A DNA stretch of 58,569 bases from Verrucomicrobiota bacterium (GTDB lineage: Bacteria; Verrucomicrobiota; Verrucomicrobiia; Verrucomicrobiales; DEV007): contig JASFYY010000146.1 in assembly GCA_045046875.1 (NCBI GenBank), positions 1-58,569 of the forward strand, in the 5' to 3' direction. The notes under the pieces were generated by a model. It was given only the letters and a program-made list of their open reading frames with translations. It was not told where the DNA came from and ran no database searches. The stretch's first letter is position 1. Every line of letters starts with the position of its first letter. The position numbers and the translations under genes were made by a program. Below are positions 9,664 to 19,048 of this stretch, one piece after another.

Positions 9664-10596
9664 TCATCTCTTTTTTGCCTGTTTGACCGCGCCCTCCCCA
9701 CCAAACAGCTTTTCCCGTGCTGTCCGGGTGATAGCCAAGGCGATTGGGTGGTGCAGCTTGCGCTCCACTGTGATCGCGTAAAAAGACTCCAATATTTCAT
9801 CCGTCCGCCCCACTTTTTCAACATTGTATTCCCTGCAAATCTCATCCTCGATGATCGTCGGCCCGACAAACAAACCCGCGCCATCACTGCCGAACTCTTT
9901 CAACAAGGCACTGTCGTGAAACTCAGCGCGAATCAGGGGGATATACCCCTTCGCTGACATCCAACGGTCAATGGATCGTCGTAAAAGCGTTCCCTCTGAC
10001 GGCACCAACAACGGCGCGTCTGAAATGGAACCCGGAAAACCTTGCCGATAACGACGCGCCAAATCTTTTGTGCCAAAAAAAGTCACCCCACTCGATCCAA
10101 GAAAATGATTAAAAGCCTTGATTCTGACCGCCCCCCCAATCGGAGCATCTGCAATAACCAAATCCAAACGGTGAATAGACAGATCGGTCAGCAATTCCTC
10201 CGTTTTCCCCTCCTCACAAATTAAACGAACCGGCTTGTCCATCTTCAAGGCGGGTGCCAGCAGACGATGAGAAACCAATTTTGGCAATACGTCCGATATC
10301 CCCACCCTCAATCGAGCCGGGCGATCCGAACCAATCCCCTTCAAACTTTCCCTGAGCTCCTTGCCTAAAGTGAAAATTTCATCCGCATAATCAAAAGCCA
10401 GACGGCCAGAATCCGTCAAAGTCAGCCCACCACGCCCCCTCACAAACAAAGATTCTTCCAAATTGGTCTCCAAGGCCTTGATCTGCGTACTCACCGTCGG
10501 TTGCGATAAATTCAACATCTGACTGGCTTTACCAATGCTTCCCTCCTTCGCCGCCACCCAGAAATAATAAAGATGATGATAATTGAGCCAGTCCAT
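9664..10596 (-). CDS. nhaR: LysR family transcriptional activator, NhaR-like
   Basis: LNYHHLYYFW HTH start; LRVGISD, HRLDLV, EFHDSALLK and FYAITVERKLHHP typical of the NhaR subfamily; ATG at 10596. Confidence 0.88.
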   Translation of the reverse strand: MDWLNYHHLYYFWVAAKEGSIGKASQMLNLSQPTVSTQIKALETNLEESLFVRGRGGLTLTDSGRLAFDYADEIFTLGKELRESLKGIGSDRPARLRVGISDVLPKLVSHRLLAPALKMDKPVRLICEEGKTEELLTDLSIHRLDLVIADAPIGGAVRIKAFNHFLGSSGVTFFGTKDLARRYRQGFPGSISDAPLLVPSEGTLLRRSIDRWMSAKGYIPLIRAEFHDSALLKEFGSDGAGLFVGPTIIEDEICREYNVEKVGRTDEILESFYAITVERKLHHPIALAITRTAREKLFGGEGAVKQAKKR

Positions 10597-10602
10597 AACG
10601 AT

Positions 10603-10667
10603 TAGGTTTAATCTATGGATAAACGCTGTTATTTTCAATTTGTCAATATAATATCCAAACGTAGAAT
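10603..10667 (+). promoter_or_regulatory. putative LysR box and sigma70 promoter for sulP2/beta-CA
   Basis: T-N11-A dyad TAGGTTTAATCTA (10603-10615); TTGTCA (10640-10645), 16 bp spacer, TAGAAT (10662-10667). Confidence 0.55.
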
Positions 10668-10722
10668 CTCTTCAGTCAATAAAATCCAGTCTCCCGCACT
10701 GAACCCCCACTAAACAAAAACG

Positions 10723-12318
10723 ATGAATTCTGACAACAATTTAAGCCCACTGAAACACTTAAAAGATGATCTTCCCGCTGGCTTGGTGGTTTTTTTAGTC
10801 GCTCTGCCTTTATGCCTGGGCATTGCACTGGCATCAGGAGCACCTCTGTTTGCCGGACTGATCAGCGGTATTATAGGAGGGCTGATCGTTGGCGCTCTCA
10901 GTGGATCGCCTCTGGGAGTGAGTGGTCCAGCAGCAGGTCTAGCCGTAATTGTGCTGAACGCGATCACCGAACTGGGCGCCTTTGAGATATTCCTCGTCGC
11001 CGTGATCATCGCCGGCATCATCCAATTGATCATGGGTTTTGCGAAAGCCGGCATCATTGCCTACTTTTTTCCATCTTCGGTGATCCACGGCATGCTGGCC
11101 GGAATCGGAGTCATTATTTTTCTGAAACAAATCCCCCATGCCCTGGGTTACGACAAAGTTTCCGAAGGTGACTTCGCTTTCCAACAGAGGGACGGCCACA
11201 ATACTCTCGAAGAATTGTCACATATGCTGCAATTTATCAGCCCTGGAGTTCTCATCGTATCCGTGACCTCGTTGATCCTTCTCATTCTCTGGGAAACCGC
11301 TTTTTTCAAAAAATTAAAATTCACCAAGCTGGTTCAAGGCCCTCTTGTGGTGGTCATCGTAGGCATTATTTTAAACAAAGTTTTTGCCACCAGCTCCAAT
11401 CTTGCGATCAGCGTCGATCACCTGGTAAAAGTGCCTGTCCCTGATAGTTTCAACAGCTTTATCGGTAACTTCGCCCTGCCCGATTTCAGCGCACTGTCCA
11501 ACCCGGCCGTTTACACCACCGGGATTGTGATCGCCGTCGTTGCCAGCCTTGAAACCCTGCTTTGTGTCGAAGCCTCGGACAAACTAGACAAATTAAAAAG
11601 GATCACCCCGACCAACCGCGAACTGAAAGCCCAGGGAGTCGGCAACATCATCGCTGGTTTTGTAGGTGGACTGCCCCTGACCCAGGTCATCGTCAGAAGC
11701 TCGGCCAACCATCAGTCCGGCGGCAAAACCAAAGCCTCGGCCATCACCCACGGCATCTTGTTGCTGATCAGCGTGCTTGCCATCCCCAAAGTTTTGAACC
11801 TCATACCTCTTGGAGTTCTGGCTGCCATTCTATTAGTCGTGGGTTACAAACTCGCCAAACCCGCCCTCTTCAAAAAAATGTATCAAGACGGGCTCGAGCA
11901 ATTCATTCCTTTCACCATCACTGTGATAGGCATCGTCTTCACCGACCTACTCACGGGCATCGCCATGGGCATGGCGATTGCCATATTTGTCATTCTGAAA
12001 AACAACTTCAGCGTGCCCTTCAAAATGCAAAAAGAAAACCTGAAAGGCAAAGAGAATCTCCGCATCGTGCTCTCCGAAGATGTTACCTTCCTGAACAAAG
12101 CATCCATTCTCAAAACACTGGAACAGATTCCCAACGGCACTTCAGTGGAAATCGATGCCAGTAACACCAAGTTCATCCACTACGACGTGGTCGAGATCAT
12201 TGAAGACTTTGTGATCAGCTCCAAAAACCGCAACATCGAAGTAGTCATCATTGATCTCTACGACCACAAACAAGACAGCCCGATTCAACATTTCAGATTG
12301 GCCAACGATAACAAATAA
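10723..12318 (+). CDS. SulP family anion transporter (second copy)
   Basis: VALPLCLGIA, SGPAAGL, ETLLC and QVIVRSSAN motifs; short STAS-like domain (VTFLNK). Confidence 0.94.
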   Translation: MNSDNNLSPLKHLKDDLPAGLVVFLVALPLCLGIALASGAPLFAGLISGIIGGLIVGALSGSPLGVSGPAAGLAVIVLNAITELGAFEIFLVAVIIAGIIQLIMGFAKAGIIAYFFPSSVIHGMLAGIGVIIFLKQIPHALGYDKVSEGDFAFQQRDGHNTLEELSHMLQFISPGVLIVSVTSLILLILWETAFFKKLKFTKLVQGPLVVVIVGIILNKVFATSSNLAISVDHLVKVPVPDSFNSFIGNFALPDFSALSNPAVYTTGIVIAVVASLETLLCVEASDKLDKLKRITPTNRELKAQGVGNIIAGFVGGLPLTQVIVRSSANHQSGGKTKASAITHGILLLISVLAIPKVLNLIPLGVLAAILLVVGYKLAKPALFKKMYQDGLEQFIPFTITVIGIVFTDLLTGIAMGMAIAIFVILKNNFSVPFKMQKENLKGKENLRIVLSEDVTFLNKASILKTLEQIPNGTSVEIDASNTKFIHYDVVEIIEDFVISSKNRNIEVVIIDLYDHKQDSPIQHFRLANDNK

Positions 12319-12324
12319 TCAACC

Positions 12325-12945
12325 ATGAGAACACAAACCCAGGAAACCCAAAAAAACCTAACTCCAAAAGATGCCCACAGAATCCTGGAGGAAGGAAATC
12401 AACGTTTTGTCCAGAACCTGAAAGTTCAACGCAACCTACAAGAACAAGTTCTCGCCACCAGTAAAGGGCAATACCCCTTTGCCGTCATCTTATCCTGCAT
12501 CGACTCTAGGGTGCCGGCAGAACTCGTGTTTGACCAGGGGATCGGAGACGTATTCAGTGTCCGGGTCGCCGGCAACATCGTTAATGAGGATGTGCTCGGC
12601 TCGATGGAATTCGCTTGCAAAGTCGCCGGCTCAAAAATTGTGGTTGTCCTGGGGCACACCAAATGCGGTGCCGTCAACGCCGCCTGCAATAACGTTGAAC
12701 TGGGCCATATCACAACTCTGCTCAGTAAAGTCAGGCCTGCTGTTGACTTCATCAGAACCAGCGAAAATCCAATGAGCGAAGCCGAAATCGAAAGCGTCGC
12801 CATTCAGAATGTGAAGTTTTCGATTGATCGAATCCGAGCGGAAAGCCCCATTTTAGCCGAACTTGAAAGCGAAGGACAAATTGAAATCGTTGGAGCCATC
12901 TATGACGTTGCTTCCGGGGAAGTGGAGTTTTTCTCCAAAAGCTGA
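12325..12945 (+). CDS. beta-class carbonic anhydrase (cytoplasmic)
   Basis: GNQRF, SCIDSRV, RVAGN and GHTKCGAV Zn motifs; no signal peptide. Confidence 0.96.
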   Translation: MRTQTQETQKNLTPKDAHRILEEGNQRFVQNLKVQRNLQEQVLATSKGQYPFAVILSCIDSRVPAELVFDQGIGDVFSVRVAGNIVNEDVLGSMEFACKVAGSKIVVVLGHTKCGAVNAACNNVELGHITTLLSKVRPAVDFIRTSENPMSEAEIESVAIQNVKFSIDRIRAESPILAELESEGQIEIVGAIYDVASGEVEFFSKS

Positions 12946-12952
12946 AGCGCTT

Positions 12953-12990
12953 AAAAAAAGCGGGGCCTTCCCTTTCGGAAAGACCCCGCT
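12953..12990 (-). terminator. Rho-independent terminator of porin 2, possibly bidirectional
   Basis: Minus strand AGCGGGGTCTTTCC-GAAA-GGGAAGGCCCCGCT, 14 bp stem with two G-U pairs, followed by a T run. Confidence 0.85.
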
Positions 12991-13027
12991 CCACATTACC
13001 AATGTTTAGGCATAGCTCAGAGGGCAA

Positions 13028-14209
13028 CTACCAGAAAGTCCGAACCCCCACCCAAGGGGTCACTCCGGAAAAATCATCCTTGCCACCGGTCAAGTGCGAA
13101 TACTCTGCGCCTGCCATCAACTTCAGCTTGTCTCCGTTGATTTTATAGTTCAATCCGAGATAGATTGCATTATACAAGTCCCCTCTAGTCCCTCCACCAT
13201 CGGTAACCGCTAAGCGGTCGTATCGCTTGGCCAAAGAAATTCCGTTCACAGAATTAGAATTTCCTAATTGATACCTAAATACTCCCTGCAACTTATCAGT
13301 GATGTTGTACCATGGCATCAAAGTCAAACCGAACACCTCTTCTCCTTCCCTCAGTCCAGTTCCAACTCCATAAATAAGGTCCGTATTTAAGCCAAAATCA
13401 TCCCATATATTGGTCGTATTCAAAGAAAAAACATGTTTATAATCCTTTATCTCTCTTGCACCACCTTGACGATCTGCATACCAATAATCTAGGTAGGCTT
13501 GAGTATTCTCATTCACTTTATAACCAAGTTTCATCAAAGCTGCCACACCTCCGCTTCCTTTATAACTATTGAGCTTGTTATCGAGTGGTGACGAATAAAT
13601 TCCACTTTGCAGTGAAAGTTTATCAGTAAATTTATAACGCGCCGACGCGCCCAAAATTTTATCCGAAGTCAATTGATTGACCAACAGGGATCGTTCCGCT
13701 GTTATAATATACTTGGAAGAGGTATACCGCTCTTGTGTCGTATCTGATTTTTGGCGACCAAATTTGAATCGAAGCTTCTTAGTGGGCTCCCACTGCAAAT
13801 AAAGGTTGTCCCAACTTTTAAAAAACGGGCCATCCAGATTTCTCACATCTGCCAGATTAATTTCACCTTGGAACTTAAATTTATTCCAAAATTTCACTGC
13901 GAAACCAGGACGAAAACGACGATTTTCCCAACCCGCTGAATGCCCATGGTTTGAAGAATCATAATAATATTGGCCATGATACCTACCAATGATTTTGACC
14001 TCCTGAATAAAAGAATCCTCTTTGTTTGAATACAAAGTTGTATAATCCCATAAATTGAGATAACTCCAATTGCTGTCTGAAACAACAGCTTCTTCTGCTA
14101 CCGCCTTAGTGCTATCTTCCCCTGCAAAAACAGTGTGATTGACCAAAAGGGTAATGGCCACACATGTAGAGAGAATCCATCCAGCCTGCCTGATTTTTAC
14201 TTTTAACAT
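13028..14209 (-). CDS. OprO/OprP-like porin (copy 2, paralog of 8326-9582)
   Basis: Shares WSYLNLWD, KLGYKVNENTQAYLDYW, TDGGG and GVRTxW with copy 1; signal peptide. Confidence 0.78.
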   Translation of the reverse strand: MLKVKIRQAGWILSTCVAITLLVNHTVFAGEDSTKAVAEEAVVSDSNWSYLNLWDYTTLYSNKEDSFIQEVKIIGRYHGQYYYDSSNHGHSAGWENRRFRPGFAVKFWNKFKFQGEINLADVRNLDGPFFKSWDNLYLQWEPTKKLRFKFGRQKSDTTQERYTSSKYIITAERSLLVNQLTSDKILGASARYKFTDKLSLQSGIYSSPLDNKLNSYKGSGGVAALMKLGYKVNENTQAYLDYWYADRQGGAREIKDYKHVFSLNTTNIWDDFGLNTDLIYGVGTGLREGEEVFGLTLMPWYNITDKLQGVFRYQLGNSNSVNGISLAKRYDRLAVTDGGGTRGDLYNAIYLGLNYKINGDKLKLMAGAEYSHLTGGKDDFSGVTPWVGVRTFW

Positions 14210-14693
14210 TTTATTCGTTGGTTACAGTTTTTCCGTTCGTCAAAATCATTGACGGCTCCTATTTAGTTCGCCTACCCGAAACTAGCCACTGATCAATTGT
14301 GACAATTCGGGCACAAAATATTTTTTGATACAAACTCTGCAAATGGCTTTTGGTTTCACTTGCAGAATGTGTCGAGCGAGGCACTAGAGGTCGTAAAATT
14401 TGATGTAATATAAAATATAAAGTTGAAGCCACTTAACACATATATGCGTATTTGCGCTTTTAAGCAAGTATTTTGAAGCCCTCTCACAGAATCCCCATCC
14501 ATTTCCCTTGTTTTCATTTTTTCTAACGGTTTACTACTCTTTCTTTTTTTAACTCACCTGCATCAATTTGATTCCCCCCCCTCTCACCCCTCTCCTTGTT
14601 TACCTGCCATTCTTTAAAACGATTCATCCGCATAAAACCTTACAAAAATCTCTCTGGACATCACGATGGGAGAAACGAGCTTCATTCACTATC

Positions 14694-15179
14694 ATGCTGA
14701 AAAAAATCATCTCCGGCGGTCAACCCGGTGCGGCTAGAGCAGCACTGGACTGGGCTATTTCCCATCAACTCCCTTACGGAGGATGGTGCCCTCGTTGGCG
14801 CCACATGCATGACGGAGTGCTCGATGAACGTTACGCTGAACTGAAAGAAAGCACCCTGCCTATCTATTCCCAGGCCAAAGAGTGGAACGTGCGCGACAGT
14901 GATGGCACTTTGGTTTTTACGCTTGAGGAGAATCTCGATTCTTTCACCAGAAAAACAGTGGACTTCGCCCGTAAACACGAAAAACCCTGCCATCATATTT
15001 GCGGCACCGGTTACGAAAGCGCCGAAGATCTACTTCATTTCATCAACCGCAACCACATTGAAACTCTCAACATCGCAGGTTCACACGATTCAGAAGAACT
15101 TGGCATTTACATTTACGTAGTGGATCTGTTGAACGAAGCCTTTCCCCAACATTTAACAAAAAATCAACCCCACCCATGA
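14694..15179 (+). CDS. circularly permuted YpsA/SLOG family protein (putative molybdenum carrier)
   Basis: KIISGGQ, GGWCP, NVRDSDGTLVF and LNIAG motifs; ATG at 14694. Confidence 0.8.
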   Translation: MLKKIISGGQPGAARAALDWAISHQLPYGGWCPRWRHMHDGVLDERYAELKESTLPIYSQAKEWNVRDSDGTLVFTLEENLDSFTRKTVDFARKHEKPCHHICGTGYESAEDLLHFINRNHIETLNIAGSHDSEELGIYIYVVDLLNEAFPQHLTKNQPHP

Positions 15180-16288
15180 AAAGAAGATCCTTCACCCAAG
15201 CTCTCGCCGGCAGCCTCATCGCCTCTCAGACAGCCTACGCTCAAAACACTGGAAAAACTGTGATCGCCGTCATCACCAACGCCGAAGGTGCCCACCTCAG
15301 CGCCTATTTTCCAGCTCTGGCCCAAGCCGAGGACGTCGACTCCGTCGTGCTCTCCGACCCCAGCGGCAAGACCATCGAACTCGCACGCAAACACCTCGGT
15401 GACAAACTGACCGCTACCTATACCGATCCAGCCGAGATGCTGGAAAAAGAGCAAGCGGTAATGGCCCTGGTCAGTCTGGAGGCTGCCATCGCGCCACCAG
15501 CCATCAATCTAGCCCTCGACGCCGGTTGTCACGTGATGGCGGAAAAACCCGCGTGCTTGAGTGCGGAAGAGTTCGCCAAGCTGACCAAAAAAGCCAATGA
15601 CAAAAAACTACTGCTGATGCTCGCCCTGGCCAACCGACTCAACCCGGAAAGCCAGGAAGCCAAACGCATCATTGGAGAGGGCTTAATCGGGAAAATCTAC
15701 GGCATGGAGCTTCACCTGATCGCCGACCAGACGCGATTAAAATCAAAAAGCTATCACAAAAAGTGGTATGCCCAAAAAGACCGCGGCGGCGGCGGCCACC
15801 TAATCTGGCTGGGCATCCATTGGTTGGATCTGGCGATGTATCTGACCCAGTCCAAAATCACCGATGTGGCGGGATTCGCCGGTAACGTTGGCGGTCAACC
15901 GCTCGACGTCGAGGACTCTGCCGCGCTGGCGATCAAGTTTGACAACGGCAGTTTTGGCACCGTGACCTCCGGTTTTTATCTGGACAAAGGTTACCATTCC
16001 CACATCAAAATCTGGGGCTCGGACGGCTGGCTGGAAATCAATCGTCACGGAGGTGCAGGCAAAGCCCCGCTACGCTGGTACAGCAGCAAGGGTGACAAAC
16101 CCGATATCATCGAATACCTGCCACCCGATGGCCCGCAAGGTTATTCCCCCTTTGTCGCTGCGTGCGTGCGTGCCGCTATAAGAAAAGGTGAAGCGCCCTT
16201 GACGGCCAATGATAGTTTGCAAGTTCTGAAAACGGTTTATGGTGCTTACCGCGCCGCTGAAACCGGCCAAAGCCAGCACATCCGATAA
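15176..16288 (+). CDS. Gfo/Idh/MocA family oxidoreductase, Tat-like signal
   Basis: KRRSF N-terminus; HVMAEKP, GGGHLIWLGIHWLD and VED motifs. Confidence 0.9.
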   Translation: MKRRSFTQALAGSLIASQTAYAQNTGKTVIAVITNAEGAHLSAYFPALAQAEDVDSVVLSDPSGKTIELARKHLGDKLTATYTDPAEMLEKEQAVMALVSLEAAIAPPAINLALDAGCHVMAEKPACLSAEEFAKLTKKANDKKLLLMLALANRLNPESQEAKRIIGEGLIGKIYGMELHLIADQTRLKSKSYHKKWYAQKDRGGGGHLIWLGIHWLDLAMYLTQSKITDVAGFAGNVGGQPLDVEDSAALAIKFDNGSFGTVTSGFYLDKGYHSHIKIWGSDGWLEINRHGGAGKAPLRWYSSKGDKPDIIEYLPPDGPQGYSPFVAACVRAAIRKGEAPLTANDSLQVLKTVYGAYRAAETGQSQHIR

Positions 16289-16324
16289 ACTTCCCTTTTA
16301 TTAAATTTTGCCACCATTCAAATC

Positions 16325-18940
16325 ATGACAAAAAAACTAACCACCCTCACCACCCTCTGCCTGCTAGCCTCCAGCTCTCTCCCCAGTACGGCAGCCGACG
16401 ACCACCAGGCTGAAGTCAAAACCCTACAACCCGGTGTCACCCTCACCATGATCGCGCAGCAGCCGGACATCGTCACTCCGATCGGGCTCGATGTCGATTC
16501 CAAGGGACGGGTCTGGGTCATCTCCAGCAATACCCACATGCCACCCCGGGGATACCAAGGCCCCGCTCATGACCAGATCCTGATCTTTGATAAAAACGGC
16601 AAACGTCATCTTTTTTATGACAAAACCGACCTAACCATGGATCTCGAATTTGGTGCCGACGGCTGGGTTTACCTCTCCGAACGCGATCGGATCCTGCGCA
16701 TCAAAGACAGCAACGGTGACGGCAAGGGCGATCTGGAAGAAACCCTGATCACACTCGAATCGGAGGCCGATTACCCGCACAATGCGGTCTCGGGCATCGC
16801 CTGGGATCCTACCAACGGAGACCTGGTGTTTGGCCTGGGAGAAAACTTCGCCAAAGCCTGGACCCTGACAGCTCACGATGGCAAAGCCATCAAAGGAGCC
16901 GCCCGCGGCGGAGTGTTCCGCTGCAAAGCCGATGGCAGTGATCTGCGTCAAGTCGCCGAAGGTCTGTGGAACCCTTTTGGTATCGTAGTGCGCCAGGATG
17001 GCGAGATTTTTGCCGCCGAAAACGACCCCGGTGAGCACCCGCCCTGCAAGGTGCTGCATATCGTCCAGGACGGCGACTACGGATTCCGCCGCCAGTATGG
17101 ACATGAAGCCCATCACCCTTTTGTTTCATGGAACGGCGAAGGTCGCGGCACTCTGCCGATGATCCATCCCTCCGGCGAAGCCCCTTGCGGCATCGCCACT
17201 CTGGGTCGCGGTCTTTTGGTCCCCTCGTGGGGCGATCACCGTATCGATTTTTTTCCACTCAGCCCCAAAGGCGCCTCTTACACCGCCAAGCAAATCACCC
17301 TCGCCCACGGTTCGCGTTATTTCCGCCCCGCCTGCATTGCCCGGGATAAGAGTCAAAGCGATAGCAATAAACTAACTTGGTATCTCACCGACTGGGTGGA
17401 CGGACGTTACCCGGTTCACGGTTACGGCCGTTTGTGGAGAATGGAGATCGACCTCAAAGCCGCCAAATGGATCGGACCTATGGAACTCGAAAATAAAAAT
17501 GAAGCCGCCCAACTCGCTGCCCAACTGCGCGACGGCAAGCAGGGTTTCAGTCAGGACAAACTCTTCGAACTCAGTCATCATAAAGATCCTTTCATCGTCA
17601 GCGCTGCCCTTTCAGCTCTGAAAAACAGCTCCGCCACTTGGAAACTTGAACAAATCCAAAAGCTGGATGCACCAGACCGCGTGCAAGCCGTCATCGCACT
17701 GAAACTCGCCAAATCATCGCCGGAAGCCTGGATACCAGCCCTGCTGGCCGATAAAAACCCCGCGGTGCAATTCGAAACCCTGCGCTGGATCGCCGATGAA
17801 GAACTCAAGGACTACCTGCCTCAGGTCGATCAGATTCTCAAACGCAACGAACTGGACTATGACGTGTTCGAAGCCGCACTCGCCGCCCGCAATACCCTGC
17901 TCGGCAAATCTGACATCGGCGTGCGCGATCCGGAAACCCTGTTGAGCCGCGTGCTTGATAAATCCAGCTCCCCCACCATCCGCGCCTACGCTCTGCGCCT
18001 GCTGCCTTCCCGTCAAAAAAACGCGCCTAAAAACGGCGAGACACCGCCAGTGAAATTCCCCAAAGGGCTCACCCTCGAAGTTCTAGAAGAATTACTCGGG
18101 GTAAACGATTCACAACTCTCTCTGGAAGCCCTACGAACCTTGGCCGGAAACCCCGAAGCGGGACAAAAGCTGCTAGCAAAAACCGCCGACAACGAAAAAT
18201 TGGATATTCAACTGCGCTGCGAAGCCATCAGCGGACTCGCATCAGTTGCCGATCAACATACTGAACGGCTGATCAGTCTGGCCGGAAATACAAATGAAAA
18301 ACTTCGTGAATCCGCCTTGCGCTCTTTGCGTTCAACTCCGCTCAATCCCGGGCAAACCGAACAACTGAAGATACTCTCCAACAAATACCCCGACTCAGCT
18401 CCTCTGTTTGCCGCCCTGCTTGACCCGGCTTCACTGATGGCCGGTCGCCCCGCGCTGACCGATACCGCTGCCTGGTTGAAACGGCTCGATGCGCTCAAAA
18501 CCCCCGCCGACCTGCAATCTGGACAACGTATTTTCAATCACAGCAAAGTCGCCCTCTGCTCCAACTGTCACCGTTATGGCGGGCGCGGTAATGTGGTCGG
18601 CCCCGATCTGAGTAATGTCGGCGATCTCGGCGATCGCGCCTGGCTGCTGGAAGCCATCCTCAATCCTAATAAAGACATCGCCCCCCAATTCCTACCACGA
18701 ATGATAACCCTGAATGACGGTAGCGTTTATACCGGCATCCGCCTGCGCTCCTACGTCAATGAACAAATCCGCGACGCCCGCGGCCTCAACTACACCTTCA
18801 AACGCGACGAAGTGAAATCCATTCAGGACTTACCCATGTCCTTCATGCCCGGAGGTCTGCCCCTGACCCTGACCGACAGCGAGCTGCGCGATCTGCTCGC
18901 CTTCCTTCAAAACTCTGCAACCCAGCTCAACGCCAAGTGA
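16325..18940 (+). CDS. PVC-type heme-binding CxxCH protein (propeller dehydrogenase-like domain, HEAT repeats, cytochrome c)
   Basis: Signal peptide; DSNGDGKGD and NPFG repeats; CSNCH..VGPDLS and SFMPGGL C-terminal domain. Confidence 0.88.
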   Translation: MTKKLTTLTTLCLLASSSLPSTAADDHQAEVKTLQPGVTLTMIAQQPDIVTPIGLDVDSKGRVWVISSNTHMPPRGYQGPAHDQILIFDKNGKRHLFYDKTDLTMDLEFGADGWVYLSERDRILRIKDSNGDGKGDLEETLITLESEADYPHNAVSGIAWDPTNGDLVFGLGENFAKAWTLTAHDGKAIKGAARGGVFRCKADGSDLRQVAEGLWNPFGIVVRQDGEIFAAENDPGEHPPCKVLHIVQDGDYGFRRQYGHEAHHPFVSWNGEGRGTLPMIHPSGEAPCGIATLGRGLLVPSWGDHRIDFFPLSPKGASYTAKQITLAHGSRYFRPACIARDKSQSDSNKLTWYLTDWVDGRYPVHGYGRLWRMEIDLKAAKWIGPMELENKNEAAQLAAQLRDGKQGFSQDKLFELSHHKDPFIVSAALSALKNSSATWKLEQIQKLDAPDRVQAVIALKLAKSSPEAWIPALLADKNPAVQFETLRWIADEELKDYLPQVDQILKRNELDYDVFEAALAARNTLLGKSDIGVRDPETLLSRVLDKSSSPTIRAYALRLLPSRQKNAPKNGETPPVKFPKGLTLEVLEELLGVNDSQLSLEALRTLAGNPEAGQKLLAKTADNEKLDIQLRCEAISGLASVADQHTERLISLAGNTNEKLRESALRSLRSTPLNPGQTEQLKILSNKYPDSAPLFAALLDPASLMAGRPALTDTAAWLKRLDALKTPADLQSGQRIFNHSKVALCSNCHRYGGRGNVVGPDLSNVGDLGDRAWLLEAILNPNKDIAPQFLPRMITLNDGSVYTGIRLRSYVNEQIRDARGLNYTFKRDEVKSIQDLPMSFMPGGLPLTLTDSELRDLLAFLQNSATQLNAK

Positions 18941-19048
18941 GTGCCTCCCCTTGAATTCTTCTCTCCATCAGTGAAATCAGAGATTACATATTTTTTATCG
19001 TATAGCTCGATATTCTGTATCTTGATTCTCACGGGAACCCTATCGTCC

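Noticed and set aside
157..14209. Autotrophic carboxysome locus
   Set aside because: No RuBisCO, shell or phosphoribulokinase genes in the window
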